Shown here one piece after another: positions 34,201 through 44,134 of a DNA stretch of 64,000 nucleotides. The stretch comes from a virus. Its lineage: Duplodnaviria; Caudoviricetes. A program made the translations under genes and the position numbers. The stretch's first letter is position 1. The number at the start of each line of letters is the position of its first letter. Below the pieces are notes generated by a model that ran no database searches, was not told the DNA's origin, and saw only the letters and a list, made by a program, of their open reading frames with translations. The DNA is taken from positions 1 to 64,000 of the IMG/VR virus record IMGVR_UViG_3300050156_000143. One strand, 5' to 3'.

Positions 34201-35445
34201 CCGAGCCAGGTTATACTGCATTTTTACTTAGACATTTGACATGACATATGAAAAAAAAGTTTTCCAACAAGATGTTCCAACAGATTGGACTGATTACGTG
34301 GGCGAATCTATTAGATTTGGGTGCTGGCATTGGGCTTGGCGGTTAGACGCGATACAAAATTTGAGACAATATGACGCTGAACTCAACTGGTCGTCAACGG
34401 GCGGTGGAAGATTCGATTACATAAAGTTTAACAGTGAAGCTGGTTATGTCGCGTTTTGTCTAAGGTGGTCACCATGATTTATACAGAAATGGGACAAGAT
34501 GCGGATGATGTTTGGCCTGGAACGTGGACATGCCTTTATACGTGGATGGATCATATAATTTTTTCCAACGATCTCAAGCCAGTCGGCGTTACTGAGTTTC
34601 AACACCATGCCTCCAATGATTTGCTGCAATATGACGCTTATTTGATTGAATCGCTCGAAAGACACGCTTTGTACGATCGAATAGTATTCAGATCTGAATC
34701 AGGTCACACAGCTTTTATGATGAGGTGGTCATGAGTGCCGATTATTGGAAAAGTGAGTTAATCTATTCATATCTGCTGAACAATGATGACACCGCTATGG
34801 GAAAATGGATGAACTTTCACCTGCGGAAACGGCTTCGCGGGAGGCAATTCGTTCTAATGCTTTTGTTGGACTTGGAGCAATACTCTGCGACCGCACAAGC
34901 ATTCGGAACGGACGGGCTTGAAATCATTTTTATGGCCGAATCTGGCTACTTAGCGTTTTGTTTAAGGTGGTCATAACAATGTTTAAAAAGTGTTATATGG
35001 CACCGATGAATGGTTTGCTATCGAAGCACCGATTTTTGACAATTGGTATGAACTAATCATAGGTGATAGCCGAGATACGACATTCGACGAGTTCCTGCGT
35101 CAGTGCGACATCGTGAATGACATTTCCTGCCGTGTTGGCGTTGTCGGCGATGTGACTTTCTTGACCCAACAGGGTTATGTTGCATTCTGTTTACGGTTTC
35201 TGTAGAACATGGTTTGCCGAATATCAGATAACAACACCACACGCACCTGGATACTTCAGGCGTGTAACGACTACTCACGGGATGACCGTTCTTTATTGGC
35301 GTCTCAGCGATACATCACATTCGGAGAGTATATTCTATTAGATTTGTTGCAATATGATGCTAGATGGATCAACTGGGCGGGTGATGATCGTATAATTTTT
35401 GATAGCGAAGCTGGTTATGCGGCTTTTGTAATGCGTTATAGTTAA
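31270..35445 (+). CDS. Tandem array of family B paralogs (31270-31539, 31536-31823, 32224-32466, 32466-32798, 32780-33003 frameshifted, 33640-33927, 33945-34244, 34241-34477, 34474-34734, 34731-34976, 34990-35205, 35209-35445), with a phosphatase and an RNA ligase interleaved
   Basis: Shared (D)L-x-QYDA ... I-x-F-x-S/T-E-x-GY-x-AF-x-L-R-W/F C-terminus. Confidence 0.8.
31828..32234 (+). pseudogene. Cys-based protein phosphatase-like gene, frameshifted, catalytic Arg replaced by Gly
   Basis: MPFIQNV...LIQIAD in one frame, YQFRFMD...VVVHCVAGLCGSGAV in the -1 frame; break at GGGGAAAAG (31957-31965). Confidence 0.6.
32811..32842. repeat. Perfect 32-bp palindrome ACAAGGCGTTGAAACATGTTTCAACGCCTTGT
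   Basis: Self-reverse-complementary by direct reading; no U-tract. Confidence 0.95.
33005..33640 (+). CDS. RNA ligase (ATP-dependent nucleotidyltransferase)
   Basis: KYPRTYH, TEKMDGEN (motif I), ICGENLY, EGFVIR, KYVR. Confidence 0.9.
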   Translation: MYVKYPRTYHHPLSPGVQSDDKVISTMEHMLGKRCVITEKMDGENSSLYRDHYHARSIDSKHHESRNWLKRFHASIAHDIPVNIRICGENLYAKHSIHYHELQSYFYGFGVWDGDLCLSWDDSLEWFDLLGIQPVPVLFEGILTSTRVAKIASKMDFTVSEGFVIRVADSFSMSEFPTHVCKYVRKGHVQTGEHWMHQSIVANDIRPLGNG

Positions 35446-35457
35446 CAAGGGGAATCT

Positions 35458-35880
35458 ATGTCATTAATGACTGAAATCAAGGCAGCACAAGTTGCTGCGC
35501 GCATTGAACGTAACCAATTGGCCACCTCGGCCTTGACCACATTGTTGGGCGAAGCGATTGTTATCGGCAAAAATGCCGATAACCGAGAAACCAGTGACGA
35601 TGAGGTCATTCGGTTAACCAAAAAGTTCATTGACAACGTGGAGTTCACAATGTCTAAAACGAGTGACCCCACGTTGTTGACCACGTTGGCGCAAGAACGT
35701 GAAATCTACCGAAAATTCATGCCAGCACCGTTGACCACCCATGAGCTAACTGGCATCATCGAGACACGATCTGGAACCACTGGGCAAATTATGGGGTATT
35801 TGAAGGCAAACTATGCTGGTCGATATGATGGCAAAGTGGCAGCAGAATTGGTAAAAAATAAGCTCAATCGGCCTTCTTGA
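35458..35880 (+). CDS. GatB/YqeY-domain protein
   Basis: LTTLLGE, SDDEVIRLTKK, EREIYRKFMP..LT, MGYLKANYAGRYDGK. Confidence 0.85.
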   Translation: MSLMTEIKAAQVAARIERNQLATSALTTLLGEAIVIGKNADNRETSDDEVIRLTKKFIDNVEFTMSKTSDPTLLTTLAQEREIYRKFMPAPLTTHELTGIIETRSGTTGQIMGYLKANYAGRYDGKVAAELVKNKLNRPS

Positions 35881-36247
35881 TTTTTTCAAACGTGCGCAGC
35901 CCACCTAGTCCTAACATTCCGATCAATAACTCATTGAGCATTTGATTATTGCCTAGAATTGGTGGCACAATGTGTGGAGCAAACGCCGCGCAGGCCCATG
36001 TTAGCAACGGGTAGAGTAAAAATGTGTATGCCCATGCTGCCCCACACACCCACCCAATAAATGGCCGCCAGCCTGATACGAAACGATCTGGACTAGCGGC
36101 CTCAGTCTTGTTGACCTCGAATTGTGAAGTCACCATTTGAACCATCGCTGCCAACTGTTGTTTTTCAGCTTCGGTCTTATCTGGCCACACCCTGTCGATT
36201 GTTTTGCTGGCCAATTCGGCCACTTCACTTATTCCCAAAATTGACAT
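35864..36247 (-). CDS. Putative holin (3TM family)
   Basis: FVSGWRPFIGWVCG, GMLGLGGLRTFEK. Confidence 0.8.
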   Translation of the reverse strand: MSILGISEVAELASKTIDRVWPDKTEAEKQQLAAMVQMVTSQFEVNKTEAASPDRFVSGWRPFIGWVCGAAWAYTFLLYPLLTWACAAFAPHIVPPILGNNQMLNELLIGMLGLGGLRTFEKIKKAD

Positions 36248-36552
36248 ACACTTTTCTCCAAAACTTTATTTAAGGGACACTAAGCAATGACCATCAGTAG
36301 ATGGCTGTGTGGTGGAGTAACAGTCACCTATTTGAAAACCAGGAATAAGTTCCACGTTGACAACAACGGGTTGCTACATAACCGGAATGGTTCGGCGATC
36401 GAGTTGAATGACTTGCAACAGACCGACCAGTTCAAGGTGATTGGTATTCCCAAACAGTATTTTATTCACGGGCTGCGAGTGTGCGAACAACATTTCGACC
36501 TCATCAGAGACAGTGAGGATGAATGTATTGCATTTGTACTAAAAGGGGCATC

Positions 36553-37305
36553 ATGAAATTTCAACTACACAGTGATTTGCACCTTGAATTCGCTCCATAT
36601 GCGATCAAAAACGCAGGGGCCGATGTGCTATTACTTGCCGGGGATATATGTGTCGCTAGTGGATTCAACACCGATCTTGGAGCACGATTTCTAGACTTTT
36701 TTGACACAGTTTGCCACCAGTTTGAAGCAGTGTGTTATGTCCCTGGGAATCACGAGTTTTACGGCGATGATTTGTCCACGGGAGTCCAGACCTTGCGAGA
36801 CAAATTGCCCTATCAAAATCTTCACATCTTAGACAATTCATCGGTTGTATTTGGAGACACCAAAATCGTTGGAACCACGTTGTGGTCGGATATCGAGTCC
36901 CGTGGGCCGCTAGTGCAGGTGGATTGTGTTGCGACTATCGCTGATTATCAGCAAATTCACCACAATGGACAAAAACTGACACCAAGGGCGACTTCCGCGA
37001 TTTACCGTAAAAATGTTACATGGTTAAAAACACAGATGGATCATGACAAGTGTATCTTGTTAACTCATCATGCGCCTAGCAATGTGTCAGCAAGTGAGCG
37101 ATATCGGTGTTCAAACGTTGGCGCGGCATATTGGACAGATTTGTCAGAATTGATTTTAGACAACCCGCAAATCAAATTGCTGCATCACGGTCACATGCAC
37201 AATTGTGTGGATTATCACATCGGTGACACGAGAATCATCAACAACCCACGCGGTTATGCCACATTAGGCGCTAGGGATTTCTCCCCCCTGGTAGTGACAC
37301 TTTAG
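36553..37305 (+). CDS. Calcineurin-like metallophosphoesterase
   Basis: SDLHLE, LAGDI, PGNHE, THHAP, HGHMH, NPRGY. Confidence 0.9.
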   Translation: MKFQLHSDLHLEFAPYAIKNAGADVLLLAGDICVASGFNTDLGARFLDFFDTVCHQFEAVCYVPGNHEFYGDDLSTGVQTLRDKLPYQNLHILDNSSVVFGDTKIVGTTLWSDIESRGPLVQVDCVATIADYQQIHHNGQKLTPRATSAIYRKNVTWLKTQMDHDKCILLTHHAPSNVSASERYRCSNVGAAYWTDLSELILDNPQIKLLHHGHMHNCVDYHIGDTRIINNPRGYATLGARDFSPLVVTL

Positions 37306-37390
37306 ACCACATGCGACAACAACCGTTCTATCAACCGGAATGCCAACAGCATAGCAATTGAAATCAGTTCCAACAACTTAAAAGCATAGT

Positions 37391-37428
37391 AGAGCACGTT
37401 GAATAACTCCAACGTGCTCTTTATTTTT
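37391..37428 (+). terminator. Intrinsic terminator
   Basis: 11-bp stem AGAGCACGTTG/CAACGTGCTCT followed by TTATTTTT. Confidence 0.7.
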
Positions 37429-37490
37429 GCCATCACTGTTTTGAAATCAATTGCCATACCAGGGTATTTATAGAGAGAGGTAAATATGAC

Positions 37491-38150
37491 ATGCGTCTAC
37501 ATGAAATAACAGATTTGGAAGAGGGATGGAAGTCAACTTTGGCGGGCATAGGCACATCCGCTGCATTGGCTCTATCACCGTCCCAGACTAGCGTCACCAA
37601 GCCTCCAAAACAGGCTGTGAGCCACGCTAAACACACGGTTGATACCAAGGGTGCTACGCCTGAAGTCATCTTAAAGCAGACCGCAATACAGGCTGGCATC
37701 AACGGGGTTGAACTAGCGCAATTCATGGCACAATGCGCCCATGAAACCGGTGGATTCAAAGATTTGGTGGAACGTGGTGGTACAAAGTGGTTCAACCGTT
37801 ATGAGCCTCATCACAACCCAAAATTAGCCAAAATCTTAGGAAACACTAAACCAGGCGATGGAGTTAAATTTAATGGACGTGGGTTTTTACAAGTAACGGG
37901 CAAAGATAATTATGCTCGGGCCGAGAAAGCACTGGGGATTCCATTAACAACCACCCCAGAATTATTGACTGATCTAAAAGTTGCGGCGGAAGTATCGGTG
38001 TGGTATTGGAAAACCAGGGTTGCACCGAAAGTTACAAACTTCAAGAACACTGCTCAAGTCACATATCCAATAAACTCAAAACTTGTTGGATTGCCAGATA
38101 GAATTGCCAAATTCAACGATTACATGAAAGAAATACATGCTTCACTCTAA
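37491..38150 (+). CDS. Glycoside hydrolase family 19 (chitinase-like endolysin or virion lysin)
   Basis: AQFMAQCAHETGGF, GRGFLQVTGKDNY, SVWYW. Confidence 0.9.
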   Translation: MRLHEITDLEEGWKSTLAGIGTSAALALSPSQTSVTKPPKQAVSHAKHTVDTKGATPEVILKQTAIQAGINGVELAQFMAQCAHETGGFKDLVERGGTKWFNRYEPHHNPKLAKILGNTKPGDGVKFNGRGFLQVTGKDNYARAEKALGIPLTTTPELLTDLKVAAEVSVWYWKTRVAPKVTNFKNTAQVTYPINSKLVGLPDRIAKFNDYMKEIHASL

Positions 38151-38316
38151 GAGCTATCACGTTATTGTTCAAACTGACGAAACAACAGGGGATTTATTGA
38201 TTCCCCTGCCAGAGGGACTACTCAGTGAAGTGGGTTGGAAATATGAAGACCAAATATCGTTTGGCATTGACGCAAGTGGCAGATTGGTGTTGACGAAAAT
38301 TGACTCCACAAATTGA
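38137..38316 (+). CDS. Small AbrB/MazE-like protein (59 aa, absent from ORF track)
   Basis: GDLLIPLPEGLLSEVGWKYEDQISF pattern. Confidence 0.65.
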   Translation: MLHSKSYHVIVQTDETTGDLLIPLPEGLLSEVGWKYEDQISFGIDASGRLVLTKIDSTN

Positions 38317-38341
38317 AAAAAGCGGCCTAGGCCGCTTTTTT
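38316..38341. terminator. Bidirectional terminator at the major strand switch
   Basis: Third identical copy of the 26-mer. Confidence 0.9.
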
Positions 38342-38550
38342 CATGAACGTCTGATGATCCTACCCTTGGTTAAATCATAGACGGACAACTCCACATCCAC
38401 CAAATCCCCTAGCAAGATTTTGATATTGTGCTTCCTCAGTTTGCCACCAAGGTGCGCCAAAATGGTGGAATTATTGTGTAATTTTATCCTGAATTTTGCA
38501 TCACGCATCACCTCGATTACTTCACCAGACAATACGACGTTTTCTTTCAC
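38341..38550 (-). CDS. infA: Translation initiation factor IF-1
   Basis: GEVIEVMRDAKFRIKL...LAHLGGKLRKHNIKILLGDLVDVELSVYDLTKGRIIRR. Confidence 0.92.
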   Translation of the reverse strand: MKENVVLSGEVIEVMRDAKFRIKLHNNSTILAHLGGKLRKHNIKILLGDLVDVELSVYDLTKGRIIRRS

Positions 38551-40872
38551 TTCATCAATTCCAAAATTTCTGATGCACTTAGGCGTGCTAGTTTTTCTTT
38601 GAGCTTGATGGTTGCGATTTGTTCCTCACGTTGGGTTTTTCGGTGTATACAACGTTGCAACTCATTGTTTAGTTCAGTTTGAACCACCACGTTGTTTGGA
38701 AAACGGGCATCCAACAGACACAAAGCGTGTAACGGCGTGGTGATGCCCGTTAGCTCAACATCACCAACAACTTGTTCGCCACGCCGAATCAACGCCGCTT
38801 GGCACTCTTGTGGGGAAAACGTGTAATACACACTGTTGGCCACAATGGCGTGTGATGGGACAGCCTCTGGTTTATCCAGCTTTGTTTTTAAGAAGTTGTG
38901 AAATTCCGATAAGGCGCCCGCTTGGATGGCTATTTTGATTGCTGCTTGGCGTGTGCTGTATTCTGGAAGCTCATAGTATTTTGCAAATTCTGCCCCACCT
39001 TTGATCAACAGGCAATGTGAATTTTCTACGTCATTAGTGACACGTAGGCTCAAGTTGCCGTCTTTTGATGACACACCAATAAATTTGTACAACATGTCAA
39101 ATCTCGCAGGGTAGGATGTTGAATTGGGCAATCAAATCGCGGCAAGCGTTAACCGCCTTAGTCTTATTGTGGCGATACGGGACTTCAGCCGTGCCAATGT
39201 CAATTTGAACAAACCATCCGTTATCAGTTGATGGATCACCATTTCCATTATTCAAGCACCATTGAATGTCATCTAACATTTCGAGGCATTCACCAGTAAA
39301 ATGTTTGCGATACCATTTATTGTTCACGTTGACCTGAGCATATCGTTTGATGGCCGACGCGGTAAACGGGTGCATCAGATCGTCGTGGAAATTTTCGATA
39401 AACGGGCATTCAGATTCCACGATAGTCATCACCAGCGTACTGGCATCAACAATCCGCAGGGAATACGATACATCCCATTTTTGCAACAATGTGTCAGACA
39501 ACTGTTTTGCAATGTGTGTTTTACGTGCCATGTCCATGTATGCCATGATTATTCTCCGATTGTTGGGGTAATGTGTTGGGCCAGTTGAATGGCGACTTGT
39601 TGGGCAACGTAGGCATTCACTCTGCTATTGCGTCTTTCTTCCGGTATCTTGCCAACTGGAGATTATCGCCTTCGTATGCTGCGCTGTGAAATTCACGAGT
39701 TTTTTCTACGGCATTGAACAAGGATTCAAACATCGCGGCAAATGAAGTGTTATCAGTAGGCATAAGTGGCTTTCGTTGAGTGGTGATAAAAATGTTACTG
39801 CCAGTTGTAAGTTTGCAAGAACTCTTTTCGGGCAATTCGATAATAACCTTGATCGCCGTCTTTGACCAGAAAGTCGCTGTCTTTTAGGGGCATTGGTTGG
39901 CCAAAAGATGCGATGAAACTGAATTCCTGCCCATGATATTGGGCCACCAAACGCGGGGATTGTTCTGGGATCATAGTGGTGTCGGATGTTGGAGTGTAAT
40001 TTTTAGCCACTTTCTGCGGCGTCAACACATACTGTTCACCACTGTGTCCGCTGAAGATATAGTCCCCGACATTGGCTGTATTGGTGGTCTCCAAGCCGTC
40101 CGATGTGAAGGTGTGGATGACTTCTTCTGTCGCCACAATTCGGTACGTGTATGCACCAGATTGCGCCAACGTGTACACCAATGGTCGTTTGGTGATTGGG
40201 ACAAAAGTAAGGGCTGCTGCGACTTGATCGATGTTCACATTTTACTCCTTGAAAAAAGTTGCGGGATTGAGTGTTTGATTGTGTTTCTTGGCACATATTG
40301 TTGCCACAGATGGGCTTGCATATTTCCCATTCGCCAGCACATAGCCATGTTCGTAAGCGACAAGCGCTGGGAGTCCCCATGCTTCCACTTTGGCCATGAT
40401 GTCAGCATGCGTGTGGGGGCAAGGCAGCGCAATAAACCGTTTGTTGCCATCGCTCATACGTTTTACCGCTGCTGAGACCACGGGCGAATAGTCTAGATGC
40501 AAATCATTGCCAGATGAAACATCTTCTGACCAGGAGGCCGTTTCGTCTTCCAGTTCCATGTGCTCTAGAACATACTTTCGCAGACGGTCTAACACTGCGC
40601 AGTCTAACACTGTTATATGCTCACATGAGTTTGGGGATGTGCGATTCCCCATCAACACGGGATTGCCTTCAAACACATACATACCGATCCCATAATGTGT
40701 TCCATTTCTGAATTTTGGTGTGGTCACCCAAAACTTCTTCAGTTTTTGTTCGAGTTCTACTCGCAGCAATTTGCAATGATTGGGTGTGATGCCAATTGCT
40801 TGTATCACATCACCGATATCATGCACGAATGCCCTATTTGTGTGACTCATGTCCAAATGAGTAACAATGTCT

Positions 40873-41595
40873 TCAAGGTTCATAGCATTCTCCGAAAAGT
40901 GTGTGGCAACGTGTCTGACACCATGTCAGAAATTCTATTACAAAAAGTTCAGAACTGTATTCTAGTCTGATATGAATCGACAAAGTGTTGTCATTTGTAT
41001 CGAACGTTGCAGTGCAAGTGTTGTGACCACAGTATTTCGACGGACACCAAGCCCCTGCACTCACAACATCGTGCAACATCGTGCTAACACCAGTTTTAGA
41101 ACAAGTTAGCGGATGAAAGCTGACGATGACATCAGTTTCGCTCGCGATGGCGCACATTGGCTCCAACTTGTGTTGTTCGCATAATGCAACAAAGTTCGGG
41201 ACAGTTGGCTCAAACGGTGGTGCAACCTTTTTCGGCACGGTTGGTCGCATTGGATTGGCAATTTTGCCTTCAAGTTTGACAAATGTTCCACCGACCAACG
41301 TAGCTTCTCTGGTGGCAAAATTCAATAGTTCAGGCAACACCTCAGCGTGAAACCACTCTGTTTTGCCATCGTGGGGAACATCGTTGCCATCGTGGCGTTT
41401 ACTTCTGAACATCCCATGAAAAATCGATTCCACCATCATGGCATCCTTGGCGGTGGGCAGTTTCATGCTCCAGGACTCAGGGAGGTCAAAATGATCCGAA
41501 CCAATGGACGCAATTCTGGTATGCACGTTGTTGGCTTTACCGATCTTCACATACTTCCCACTTGTGTGCAACAGTGCGTAAACGTTTGAGGGCAT
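40873..41595 (-). CDS. GIY-YIG-like (T5orf172/Mug113) domain protein
   Basis: VYAL...VKIGKANNVHTRI...ESIFH...TEWF. Confidence 0.7.
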   Translation of the reverse strand: MPSNVYALLHTSGKYVKIGKANNVHTRIASIGSDHFDLPESWSMKLPTAKDAMMVESIFHGMFRSKRHDGNDVPHDGKTEWFHAEVLPELLNFATREATLVGGTFVKLEGKIANPMRPTVPKKVAPPFEPTVPNFVALCEQHKLEPMCAIASETDVIVSFHPLTCSKTGVSTMLHDVVSAGAWCPSKYCGHNTCTATFDTNDNTLSIHIRLEYSSELFVIEFLTWCQTRCHTLFGECYEP

Positions 41596-42114
41596 TTTTG
41601 TTACAACTATTCGACGATGGTTTCAGTAATGACTTCAAAATCCAGCGCCTCATTTGCGTACAAAATTGGGCGCTTTTTCATGTTTTTGCAGTGACAATCC
41701 CCCAATAAAAACACCGTTGCTTGAATCCCATTCGCCCCTTTGTTCATTGATGTGAATTCCTCAATGTAGTCAGCGGTCGTCATAGTGCGCGAAAACTTGG
41801 GGTATTTTCTGGAGCACCGGGGAATTTTCCACTTGGGGTTGACGTGGGATTTGATAGCCACGATTACTCCTCAGATTTCAGTTCATCGTTGACAATTTTA
41901 TCCAACAATCGGGCAATACGTTTGCGACAAGCTCGAACATAAGCTGCCCGGTTGCTTTTGGCAGGAGAACAGCACGCACAGTGCCATCCACCGGGGCCAA
42001 GTTTCGCGTTACGCACTTTGAGATGAAAACTTTTGTTCATGATGGTTTCAGTCAGGTCGATGAAATGTAGTGTACATCATTATGTGAAAAATCTCACAAT
42101 CCTGACCAAAACAG

Positions 42115-42465
42115 TCAGCTAAGGTAGATTTCAGGATGGAGCTTACCGTAGAGCTTGACGTATTTCCCGGCCATCATGTCGGCCAGCGCTTCGATTGCAC
42201 TGCCCGGATACGATTTTGATGCCGTTACCATCCCAAGATGTGATTGTCGGTAGTGAACAAGTTCGTGGAAAATGGTGCGGTAAACGTCAGCGGTCAATCT
42301 GCCAGCAATTTGCACATGAATGATGCGGTCAGTGATTGAAAATGACCCCGTTTTTGCACCGATGTTATTTCGAGTGAGAATGATTTTTGGCGCAGGGTTC
42401 TTGATGTTGAGCAGTTTAATCGCCCAATTCACGAAATCCACCACGTCGAATTCGTGTGCCCTCAC
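42115..42465 (-). CDS. HExxH metallopeptidase-like protein
   Basis: TIFHELVHYRQ, downstream EALAD. Confidence 0.65.
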   Translation of the reverse strand: MRAHEFDVVDFVNWAIKLLNIKNPAPKIILTRNNIGAKTGSFSITDRIIHVQIAGRLTADVYRTIFHELVHYRQSHLGMVTASKSYPGSAIEALADMMAGKYVKLYGKLHPEIYLS

Positions 42466-42905
42466 GCCCGCGCTTTCAAAATACTACGAAGTTGCCATAC
42501 ATGCTTGCCATGTGCAGCTAATCGTTCTGCCAAAAAGTTTGCAACACCTTGATGATTCTCGTTCGTTGCCAGTGTAAACGCATCGTTCAGCAATGTGATG
42601 ATCGCGGCGTGATCTTCCAGGAGTTCAGTCATCATAATGGACGCTTTTGGGATGTTTGGTTGCTCTGGCACCACAGAGAGTGATATAAATCGTGTCAACG
42701 ACCCTGGGGCGTAAGAATCTAGTACCCGAATAAACTCAGCAGTTCTGTCAACCGCATTGTCATATATTTCTTCGGCCATATTGCCGAAAAACTCGTGATA
42801 TTGTGGGAAATTATCACACTCCACATTCCAGTGAAAATTGAGGCATTTTGTATGTAACACGAAACTACTACCCAATACAGCTTTCAACTGATCGATTAAC
42901 ATCAT
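42462..42905 (-). CDS. dps: Dps/ferritin-like protein
   Basis: NFHWNVE...QYHEFFG...DRTAEFIR...FLAERLAAHGKHVWQLRS. Confidence 0.92.
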   Translation of the reverse strand: MMLIDQLKAVLGSSFVLHTKCLNFHWNVECDNFPQYHEFFGNMAEEIYDNAVDRTAEFIRVLDSYAPGSLTRFISLSVVPEQPNIPKASIMMTELLEDHAAIITLLNDAFTLATNENHQGVANFLAERLAAHGKHVWQLRSILKARA

Positions 42906-44095
42906 TTGTTGTCCTTTTTGAATTGTTCAAATTCTTTCATAAGTTTTTCCACATCTTTGGCTAAACTTTGTATTTCAGCATCTTGCTTTTTATCATCTTC
43001 CTCAGCGTGATGCAAACTCCGAATAACGTACTTGTCAAACGCATCCTGTGGGGAATCACTTGCATAATGTTTTCGAGCATATTTTTTTGCATCAGCGACT
43101 TCAGGATCGTCGGATTCTTTGATCCTAGGAGCAAGCATGCCCTTTTTGAATAGTTGTGTCCCGTTGGTGGCTATGTTGCCAGCCACCGTCTCGTCCAAAT
43201 CGTCGTCCCAGAAATGATCTGCCAGTTTTCTAGGGTTGTATACCATAAACGTGTGCTCTCGGTGATCGCCCATTTCCCCAATTTTCGACAAGGTTGGGAC
43301 ACGTTTGCTCAACATATTCGCAATTTTGCGATACAGCGTTACTCGCCCTGGTTCGGATTTATCAGCAGAAAACTCCACTAACCCCAGTCCTTCCACTTTG
43401 TCGCAAACATCCTTCACAATGTTCGCAACTGTGGAAAACACTTTGATCGGCTGTTTTGAGTCATTGGTTTGCTTGATAGTGTTCTTACCTTTCACCCACC
43501 GTTCAAAATCCACAGTCATACACGCAACTTTTCCGGCAAAACTCGTCTGAGAATATAGTGAACAATATACTACGTACAGTATTCCAGCATCGTCGGTGAA
43601 TTTTCCAGTATACAGCTTCGGCGACGTATGCGAAATCTCATAATCAAACGGTGAATCAGTCCATTCTCGCAATGTTTGGGCAGGTTCTTCGTAAAATCCC
43701 CACTCTGCGAGAGAATTGCCTTCAGTGAACAAGTTTTTGGCTTTTGTTTTCAGACTCAATATCTTGAATTTACCTTTCAACACTGATTCGCCATGTTGCA
43801 CTGCATAGTCTTTGGAAATTGTGACCCAATCTCCGTTGTTTATTTTGGTTATATTCTGGTCAGGTGGGACAGCACGGTAAATGGTAACAATTGCATCAGG
43901 CTTGTTCCTAACCTTGACAGCAATATTCCATGCAGCGGTTTCTTCAGGGCTGCGGTTATACCATCGTGGCTTGGTGTATACATCCCGTGGATAAATGTCG
44001 TTCGCTGTTAAATTGTATAATGGACAGTTATCCTCTGGGCCAGGTGCAGTATGATGCCCCCTGTAGTCATCTTCGTGTATCTGTGATAATTTCAT
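42902..44095 (-). CDS. Multidomain protein, N-terminal domain possibly ADP-ribosyltransferase-like
   Basis: TIYRAVP...GDWVTISKDYA pattern; fold assignment is inference. Confidence 0.45.
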   Translation of the reverse strand: MKLSQIHEDDYRGHHTAPGPEDNCPLYNLTANDIYPRDVYTKPRWYNRSPEETAAWNIAVKVRNKPDAIVTIYRAVPPDQNITKINNGDWVTISKDYAVQHGESVLKGKFKILSLKTKAKNLFTEGNSLAEWGFYEEPAQTLREWTDSPFDYEISHTSPKLYTGKFTDDAGILYVVYCSLYSQTSFAGKVACMTVDFERWVKGKNTIKQTNDSKQPIKVFSTVANIVKDVCDKVEGLGLVEFSADKSEPGRVTLYRKIANMLSKRVPTLSKIGEMGDHREHTFMVYNPRKLADHFWDDDLDETVAGNIATNGTQLFKKGMLAPRIKESDDPEVADAKKYARKHYASDSPQDAFDKYVIRSLHHAEEDDKKQDAEIQSLAKDVEKLMKEFEQFKKDNK

Positions 44096-44134
44096 GTTAT
44101 ATTTAACAAAAAAGGGAGCATATGCTCCCTTGAA

